A stretch of DNA of 32,000 bases from Acaryochloris thomasi RCC1774 (GTDB taxonomy: Bacteria; Cyanobacteriota; Cyanobacteriia; Thermosynechococcales; Thermosynechococcaceae): contig NZ_PQWO01000034.1 in NCBI RefSeq assembly GCF_003231495.1, forward strand, positions 5,144 to 37,143, read 5' to 3'. Every line of letters starts with the position of its first letter. Position 1 is the first letter of the stretch. Positions 26,432 through 32,000 of the stretch are shown here, one piece after another. Made by a program: the position numbers and the translations under genes. Under the pieces are notes generated by a model. That model was not told the DNA's origin and made no database searches. It saw only the letters and a list, made by a program, of their open reading frames with translations.

Positions 26432-27571
26432 CTATGTCTTTGGCATTTGATAGAGAGGAATCCAGCCCCTTTGATACCAGTTGTACTGTTCGGCCACTGG
26501 CTGCATAGCCTCAATATGAGGCTTTGAGATCCCTCGCTTGAGTAAATCTGTTCGAGGCATGATATCTGCCGGACGGCTGCTTTTGCTGTAGTAGCGAGGT
26601 GGGTAGCGATCCATAATCTCCTTAGGCTGTTCCACGGCGTAAAGCAGCCGAAACACCTTGCCAGATTTAGAGAGATAGTAAGCATCAGGATTCAGTTCCT
26701 CACGTATCCAAGGCATGTAATCCTTGAAGAAGCTGAAGGGCTTCAGATCGTCTGGTATATTTTTCTGGAGTCGATAGCTGGGCATGTCAGGGTTTTTCGA
26801 GATGTTTTGCCACGCATCGTATGGAAATCCCGTAAATACCTTTGTATACAGATTAAGTCGCTCCCATTCAGATTGCCTGCAGCTTCCACCTGTCCACTCC
26901 GAGTATTTTAGCCAGCGCATCCAAAAGTCGGACATGCGTTCTTGATAGCGGCGCTGGTTCCGTTGCGTTCTCCACTCCATCTCCCGTAGCTCTGCCTTTG
27001 CGATCGCGCTTGCCTCTCTATCGGCGCGAATAGCGGCGACTCTGGCTTTTTCAGCATCTTCGGTCAAGTATTGCCAGACGGCTCGACAGGCTAGAGCGTC
27101 GGTCAGAGCGCGGTGAGAATCCCCAGACCATTGGTGATAAACGCGCTGCGCTGCAACTGCCAGAGACTGCCAGCGGTAGTTGCCCCAGTAATCCGACCAG
27201 TCCCCATAATCTTCAGCAAACGCTTCTATGCAGCAGCTTATGGACGCAGCTTTCGCTAGCTCAGCTCCTAAAAAACCGGACTCGAAATCAGCATTATAGA
27301 TGACCACGTTTTGCCCGAATAGCAGATTAATAATCTGAGGTCGCAGCTCGTCTAATGTAGGAGCAGTCGTTATGTCATCTGGACTGATACCGTGAATCGC
27401 TTGGGCCTCGGGCCAGCTTTCGTTGTGCGTTGGCCTCACTAGAGTATTGAGCAGGGGCTGGTCGCTGTCATCTGCGATCGCAATTTCTAAAATCTCATCA
27501 TCGGGTGGGTAGAGGCCGGTGGTTTCGATGTCGAGATAAAGGTAAGTTATCGGATGTCCTGTAGTGTCCAT
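26432..27571 (-). CDS. DEDDh 3'-5' exonuclease (DnaQ/epsilon-like) fused to an unknown C-terminal domain of about 190 aa
   Basis: Exo I YLDIETTGL, Exo II VIYNADFESGFL, Exo III HRALTDALA. The C-terminal half is Trp/Tyr/Arg-rich with no recognised family. Confidence 0.85.
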   Translation of the reverse strand: MDTTGHPITYLYLDIETTGLYPPDDEILEIAIADDSDQPLLNTLVRPTHNESWPEAQAIHGISPDDITTAPTLDELRPQIINLLFGQNVVIYNADFESGFLGAELAKAASISCCIEAFAEDYGDWSDYWGNYRWQSLAVAAQRVYHQWSGDSHRALTDALACRAVWQYLTEDAEKARVAAIRADREASAIAKAELREMEWRTQRNQRRYQERMSDFWMRWLKYSEWTGGSCRQSEWERLNLYTKVFTGFPYDAWQNISKNPDMPSYRLQKNIPDDLKPFSFFKDYMPWIREELNPDAYYLSKSGKVFRLLYAVEQPKEIMDRYPPRYYSKSSRPADIMPRTDLLKRGISKPHIEAMQPVAEQYNWYQRGWIPLYQMPKT

Positions 27572-27625
27572 GATTTCCTATTCCTCATACATTCGACGGT
27601 GTACATGAGGCCGCACAACACCTAG

Positions 27626-28855
27626 CTATCCGGCTCTTGACGCCTCAGCTCTTGATGCCCCAGCTCCCGATGCCCCAGCTCCCGATGTCTCAGCGCCTGA
27701 CCATCCAAGCGCCCTTTCGTACAGAGTTTCGTAGAGCAAGTATTTGCTCTCTCCCTTGAGCTTTGCGGGCGATCTCAAAACCTCAACCTCATTTGAGAAA
27801 GCATCGGTATTGAAAGTGTCAACCGCCAGAATGCCAACTTCTTGATGAGCTTCAGGCACAACAGTCTGGACTGCATCGATCAGCTCCTCATTTTCTGCTG
27901 GAACTGCGAAGCAGAAGTAGTCACAGAACTGGAGGTACAGCGGCCACTTCTGATCATGTTCAAAGTCCGCTAGGGAACTTTTGATTTCGACACCAAAGAC
28001 TTCCTTGGGTCTTTTATTACTCCACCGGATTACGCTCACATAATCCAGCCGCAGCCGCTTCTTTCGGTGGCTGACCCTCACCTCTGTATGAGCAACATAA
28101 TGCTTCGGTGGGTAGCGCATTCCAGCACAGCGTTTAGTCCAATCAACTAGAGTAAAAGAGAGAGTTTGTACAATGTTTTGTGCGACCGCCCCAGGGGGCA
28201 TTGATCCGGTCGTCATCAATCCTGTGACTGCTTCTCGGATTGCCACGGGACTAATACCAATACTAGAGATGTCGTTAGTCGCAAGGCTGCTAGTCGTGAG
28301 GTCGCCGTCTGCAAAGCTACTGTCTGCAGAGCTGCTGTCTGTAGAGCCACTGCCCTGAGAGTTCTGTCGCCCAAGATGCTCATAGGTTCCCTCACTTCCT
28401 GCCGGTGGCCGTCCCCTCCGGTTCTCAGACTCAGGCTTGTACTGCTTTGCCATATCACGACATTCTCGAACTGTCGCCATTCCCGCCAATACTTTGTCTT
28501 TCAGCCCTTGAAAAACAGGCTTGGGTGCATGTCGCTCTACCTTCTCAAGGTTTACGAGCGCTTCTGGAGCGGCCAACGCAGAATCGATCTGCTCAATGCT
28601 GTCGCTCTCGATCGTTCGTAAATAATATTTTCCGGCTTTGATGTACCTCCAGATTAGTGAGCGCTGGCAGTCACACCGCTCAGCCATCTGCTGTACCCAG
28701 GCGGTGAAAGATAGACCAGACTGTTGGTAGAGTTTGTCCTCACGAACCGCGATCGCAATTTTCGCTACCTCTTGCCAGTTCGAGCGGTTGCGCTCCAACA
28801 GTGCCTGGATATCATCCTCAGCTCTAGAGAGCCTCTCGTAGCAATTTTGACTCAT
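27626..28855 (-). CDS. two-domain protein: N-terminal DNA-binding-like helical domain, Ser/Asp-rich linker, C-terminal MmcB-like PD-(D/E)xK nuclease domain
   Basis: The C-terminal RLDYVSV...VFGVEIKSSLADFEHDQKWPLYLQFCDYFCFAVP matches my recollection of the MmcB/DUF1052 pattern (D...EIKsS.aDF..D.KW..Y..fCD.F.FAVP). The N-terminal WQEVAKIAIAVRE...GLSFTAWVQQMAERCDCQRSLIWRYIKAGKYY is HTH-like. Confidence 0.75.
   Translation of the reverse strand: MSQNCYERLSRAEDDIQALLERNRSNWQEVAKIAIAVREDKLYQQSGLSFTAWVQQMAERCDCQRSLIWRYIKAGKYYLRTIESDSIEQIDSALAAPEALVNLEKVERHAPKPVFQGLKDKVLAGMATVRECRDMAKQYKPESENRRGRPPAGSEGTYEHLGRQNSQGSGSTDSSSADSSFADGDLTTSSLATNDISSIGISPVAIREAVTGLMTTGSMPPGAVAQNIVQTLSFTLVDWTKRCAGMRYPPKHYVAHTEVRVSHRKKRLRLDYVSVIRWSNKRPKEVFGVEIKSSLADFEHDQKWPLYLQFCDYFCFAVPAENEELIDAVQTVVPEAHQEVGILAVDTFNTDAFSNEVEVLRSPAKLKGESKYLLYETLYERALGWSGAETSGAGASGAGASRAEASRAG
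27629..27703 (-). repeat. five tandem 15-nt units encoding a pentapeptide-repeat C-terminal tail
   Basis: Plus-strand units: tccggctcttgacgc / ctcagctcttgatgc / cccagctcccgatgc / cccagctcccgatgt / ctcagcgcctgacca. They encode WSGAE-TSGAG-ASGAG-ASRAE-ASRAG. Confidence 0.8.
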
Positions 28856-29181
28856 GGTCTTGTTTAATCTATATGACTAGACTAAATGAAGTAAAATTAC
28901 TTTGTCAAACTTACGTTGTTTCGCTCAGGTCACCTTGCTCAAGTAGTCTAGAAGTAAGGATATTGAGGGCGAAAGCACCGCTGCTTTGTAATGAGAAATG
29001 TCAGTAGGAAGACATGGAACGAAACGATCAATGCCATTGGCAAGGGACAGAGCGTTGACACTGAGAAGGGAGATATCCGGTCTCAAAATTACTTCATCTT
29101 TGAAATCTTTGGGGTTGCCGTATAAAAAATCAGGGGAATGCTTCCTTTCTCGTGCCCTCAAGAGTTAATGCAACAAAACCA

Positions 29182-29673
29182 TTACAACTGTGTCACTCTG
29201 AACGCCAGCGTCAGTGATGCCGTGGCAGCAAGTGCAGCGGCAGTGCGAATATGATTCCAGAAGGTCCAGTTTGTCAGGTATCGACTCCAGAGATCAGCCG
29301 CATCAGGGTTGTGTGGTTCAACGATCGCTAAGGCATCATTCATCGGCACATTGAACCCAATGGTGACTAGAAGCGTGCCGACAAGGTATAAAAGACTCCC
29401 CACCAGAAGGTAGATGGATCCTGGCTGCTGCCACTGGAACAGTGAAGTAGCAGCAAGAAATAGACAAGTGGCAGCCGTACCAAGAAACGCAATCATAAAC
29501 CAGGGATTGATAACTGTGACGTTGATGGCTTGCATGACCGCAATTCCCTCAGACGGTGGTCTTTGGCCCAGAGCAAGCATCACAAACGTCGAAAAGGCAA
29601 AAAACATCCCTGCCACGAGTCCACAGCCTAGAACTGAGAACAGCTTTACTGAGAAAAGTAATTGATTAGACAT
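29182..29673 (-). CDS. DUF1772-like (anthrone-oxygenase family) four-TM membrane protein
   Basis: 163 aa with four hydrophobic helices. GLVAGMFFAFSTFVMLAL...MQAINVTVINPWF is typical of the family as I recall it. Confidence 0.7.
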   Translation of the reverse strand: MSNQLLFSVKLFSVLGCGLVAGMFFAFSTFVMLALGQRPPSEGIAVMQAINVTVINPWFMIAFLGTAATCLFLAATSLFQWQQPGSIYLLVGSLLYLVGTLLVTIGFNVPMNDALAIVEPHNPDAADLWSRYLTNWTFWNHIRTAAALAATASLTLAFRVTQL

Positions 29674-29737
29674 GAGTATCAGCTCTCTTGCTCATTAATA
29701 TCGGTTTGACAGCATAGAAAATTCATCAGAGAAGCAA

Positions 29738-30361
29738 TCAGTACGATAAACCTGGTGTTTTGTGCAGGTAAGTATTGTCTCCCAACTGCTTCAGCATGAA
29801 GTCAGCGACATCAGCCCTTGAGATCTTGAGCGTGAGTCCCTTCTCGCTTCCCGTAAAACCGTGCTGGTAGGCACCAGTCCGGCCTTCGTCGGTAAAGGCG
29901 GCAGGACGAACAATGGTCCAATCAAGTCGGCTTTGCCGGACGTAAGCTTCCTGAAAAACGTGATCGGTATAGGCTGGACGTAACAGCAGCCCAAACATGA
30001 TGTATTTCCAGAAAAAATCGAGATTAGCCCGGCTGTCACCAACCCCCAATGTGGATTGGCAGATTAACCGCTGTACGGAGGCTTTCTCCATTGCTTTGAC
30101 AATATTGCGAGTACCCTCTGACCGAATTACCCCATTCCGTCCCGCACCAAGTGAACATAGAACAGCCTCTTTACCTTGCACCGCCTGCTCAACTGCCGGA
30201 GAATTCATCACATCGCCCTCAATAAACTTGAGATTGGGATGCTGGATATTTAGTTTCTGGGGATTCCGAGTGAAAGCAGCAACAGAGTGCCCCTGCTCCA
30301 GTGCCTGTTCAACCACCTGATGCCCGACACTTCCCGTGGCTCCAAAGATAAGTAGTAGCAT
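29738..30361 (-). CDS. NAD(P)H-binding atypical SDR / NmrA-like oxidoreductase
   Basis: N-terminal Rossmann motif LIFGATGSVGHQVV. 207 aa. The layout resembles the flavin/biliverdin-reductase-B-like family. Confidence 0.85.
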   Translation of the reverse strand: MLLLIFGATGSVGHQVVEQALEQGHSVAAFTRNPQKLNIQHPNLKFIEGDVMNSPAVEQAVQGKEAVLCSLGAGRNGVIRSEGTRNIVKAMEKASVQRLICQSTLGVGDSRANLDFFWKYIMFGLLLRPAYTDHVFQEAYVRQSRLDWTIVRPAAFTDEGRTGAYQHGFTGSEKGLTLKISRADVADFMLKQLGDNTYLHKTPGLSY

Positions 30362-30526
30362 AATGTTGCTTTCCTAAGTAACGACAGTCTCAGCTTAGGA
30401 AAACGATTTAGGCCCAGCTATGACATTCTTGCGCCACTGTCACAATCTTGCGGCCAGTTAGTAAGTTAGGCTGAGATCACTCATCGCTTGAATATAATTG
30501 GGATGCATCAGCATTAGGTTTGCACC

Positions 30527-31408
30527 ATGAAAAGTCTTGCTATGCCAGAGGTTGACACCAACACATCATCACCTACATTTAGCCCAGGCCAAGATATTAT
30601 TCGGGTCCAGAAGCTTCAGAATCCTCCAGGGGAAGGAAGTTGCCATTTTGAGGGAGAGCACACGCTCTTCATGTCCCTTGCTTCTCGTCCGATGCATTAT
30701 TTACAAGCTCAGGATGGCAAGACTCGTACAGGGCTGTATCGCAAAGGAGACATCCTGATAACACCAGCCAATACCCCCCTGTTTGTTCGCTGGGAGGGTC
30801 AAGAAAGTTGCTTGCAGATTCAACTGACGACTCAGTTTTTGCAAAGTGTTGCAAGGGAAACACTTGAGCAGGACTGCGATCACATCGAACTCGTCCCGAC
30901 ATTTCAGGTTCGGAATTCTCAGATGGAGGCGATCTCCATGATGCTCCACACCGAATATCAGCGAGATGCTTCTGGGAACAGATTGTATCTGGATTCTCTG
31001 GCGAATATCCTGGCCGTGAATTTGCTCCGCAACTATGCAACTAAACGACCACAGTTATCTGTCTATGACGGAGGCTTACCCCCCCGCCAGATCCAGCAGG
31101 TTTTAGACTACGTTGATGCCCATATAGATAGCGAGATTAGACTAGCTGATTTAGCTCAATTGCTGGATATGAGCCAATTTCACTTCAGTCGCCTGTTTAA
31201 GCAGTCCGTTGGTCGATCTCCACATCAATATTTGATTCAGCAGCGGGTGGAACGAGCTAAGCAACTCTTGAAACAATCAGACCGTCGGATTGTAGACATT
31301 GCCCTAGATTGTGGATTCAACAGTCATAGCCATTTGAGTAAACAGTTTCGGCAGTTGACAGGGGTAACACCGCAAGCTTTCAGGGAAGGTGGTGCTTTGA
31401 ATGCTTGA
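30527..31408 (+). CDS. AraC-family transcriptional regulator (cupin-like N-domain + HTH_18)
   Basis: C-terminal LADLAQLLDMSQFHFSRLFKQSVGRSPHQYLIQQRVERAKQLL...IALDCGFNSHSHLSKQFRQLTGVTPQAFR. Divergent from the reductase/DUF1772 pair. Confidence 0.9.
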   Translation: MKSLAMPEVDTNTSSPTFSPGQDIIRVQKLQNPPGEGSCHFEGEHTLFMSLASRPMHYLQAQDGKTRTGLYRKGDILITPANTPLFVRWEGQESCLQIQLTTQFLQSVARETLEQDCDHIELVPTFQVRNSQMEAISMMLHTEYQRDASGNRLYLDSLANILAVNLLRNYATKRPQLSVYDGGLPPRQIQQVLDYVDAHIDSEIRLADLAQLLDMSQFHFSRLFKQSVGRSPHQYLIQQRVERAKQLLKQSDRRIVDIALDCGFNSHSHLSKQFRQLTGVTPQAFREGGALNA

Positions 31409-31455
31409 TCCCTCCAATGAGTCAGTCGATAGAGCAAAAGCCTAATGTTGTTGGC

Positions 31456-31743
31456 TCAGATAAACTCGATACCATCTGCCACCTTAGCCAATCTCCTGTT
31501 TCCGCCAGCCGCCATCGCCCGAAGTCTCCAGGTGGATTGCTCTTGCCAGACTGAAAGAAAGAGCGAGAGGCAGCCGATGTTTTGGCCTGAGTTGTCGAAG
31601 GCCCCATAGTGACGGCTGGCCTCGTTCGGGTCTTCCGGGAAGCTGACCTCAGCGATCCGGTGCCCTGGCCTCAGTACCTGATGGCGTAACGGCAGGATCT
31701 TGGCGATATTCATTCGATGGTCTGCGATCGCAATTTCAGGCAT
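31456..31743 (-). pseudogene. GNAT acetyltransferase remnant (N-terminal part only)
   Basis: ILPLRHQVLRPGHRIAEVSFPEDPNEASRHYGAF...WRLRAMA follows the GNAT pattern up to motif A. It then lacks the Q/RxxGxG/A loop and ends about 50 aa short, 47 nt from the araC-family stop. Confidence 0.45.
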
Positions 31744-31873
31744 GGGTTCGTCGTCAGGTATGCAGCTACGATGATCTATACCTACCAGACCAAACTTCAG
31801 CTATGAATACCTCTATTGGCGGTGATTTGCTACCGCCACCCTCCGAAGAACTGCTCGACCTGTTGAAGCTTTC

Positions 31874-32000
31874 GGTAGTCCTAGTCGTGTAAGGATTCAT
31901 TGTAGTGGTGTACAAACATCCAGATAGCACCAATATGATTAGCAATCTTTTTTGAAAACGACAGGGTCTTACGCACTAGGCGAGAGACTCGCTGGCGCAT
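31874..32000 (-). mobile_element. edge of an IS1-family element
   Basis: The transposase stop at 31881-31883 is followed within 7 nt by GGTAGT..., reminiscent of the GGTRATG start of IS1 terminal repeats. The boundary is inferred, not proven. Confidence 0.4.
31881..32000 (-). CDS. IS1-family transposase, C-terminal 39 codons (rest outside window)
   Basis: Own translation of the minus strand: ...MRQRVSRLVRKTLSFSKKIANHIGAIWMFVHHYNESLHD*. This resembles the conserved InsB C-terminus (R..RKT.cFSk....H...I..fi..yN). Confidence 0.6.
   Translation of the reverse strand: MRQRVSRLVRKTLSFSKKIANHIGAIWMFVHHYNESLHD

Noticed and set aside
28925-29161. 78-aa minus-strand ORF between the nuclease module and DUF1772
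   Set aside because: TTG start and no recognisable motif. It overlaps the likely promoter region of the 409-aa gene, so confidence is too low to call.
31422-31607. 61-aa alternative frame overlapping the GNAT remnant
   Set aside because: I examined it as a possible frameshifted continuation of the GNAT, but it does not encode the expected Q/RxxGxG/A motif.
1-32000. CRISPR arrays, rRNA, tRNA, RNase P/tmRNA/SRP signatures
   Set aside because: No regularly spaced direct repeats were seen. None of the conserved strings I know for these RNAs (for example GAGGAAAGTCC for RNase P) appeared on either strand.

Overview
This is a cyanobacterial chromosomal window: it has 12 exact HIP1 palindromes (GCGATCGC), a PATAN/PatA-type response regulator and a Nif11-type peptide. 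All functional calls are by-eye motif recognition on the supplied ORF translations; no searches were run, and many start codons are ambiguous because the ORF track uses GTG/TTG starts.

Layout:
- 1-8.1 kb: the 3' end of an EAL c-di-GMP phosphodiesterase, a divergent HU, a hypothetical/alpha-beta-hydrolase/hypothetical gene string, a frame-shifted Cys-rich small gene, an AT-rich island, an APH-family kinase and a decayed transposase.
- 8.1-18.0 kb (minus strand): a seven-gene chemosensory cluster. The order is CheR-TPR, then PATAN-REC, CheW-CheW, a PilJ-type MCP without HAMP, CheA-REC, CheY and CheB.
- 18.3-29.2 kb: accessory-looking DNA. It holds a hypothetical gene, a second copy of the Cys-rich small gene, two polytopic membrane proteins, umuD-umuC with a tightly coupled third gene (HEAT-like repeats), an orphan Nif11 peptide, a complete IS630 element with TA duplication and an A8 frameshift site, and a two-gene nuclease module (N-terminal DNA-binding-like domain plus MmcB-like PD-(D/E)xK; DEDDh exonuclease plus an unknown domain).
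- 29.2-32 kb: DUF1772, an NAD(P)-binding reductase, AraC, a truncated GNAT and the edge of an IS1 element.

No rRNA, tRNA or CRISPR array was seen.

Best candidates for undescribed biology:
1. The nuclease pair at 26.4-28.9 kb.
2. The umuDC-linked third gene, together with a downstream membrane protein whose upstream region shares a GTAC-containing motif with the umuD upstream region.
3. A CheB whose receiver has lost 3 of 5 active-site residues, sitting next to an intact paralogous stand-alone receiver.
4. A 13.5-kb HIP1-free stretch covering most of the che operon.
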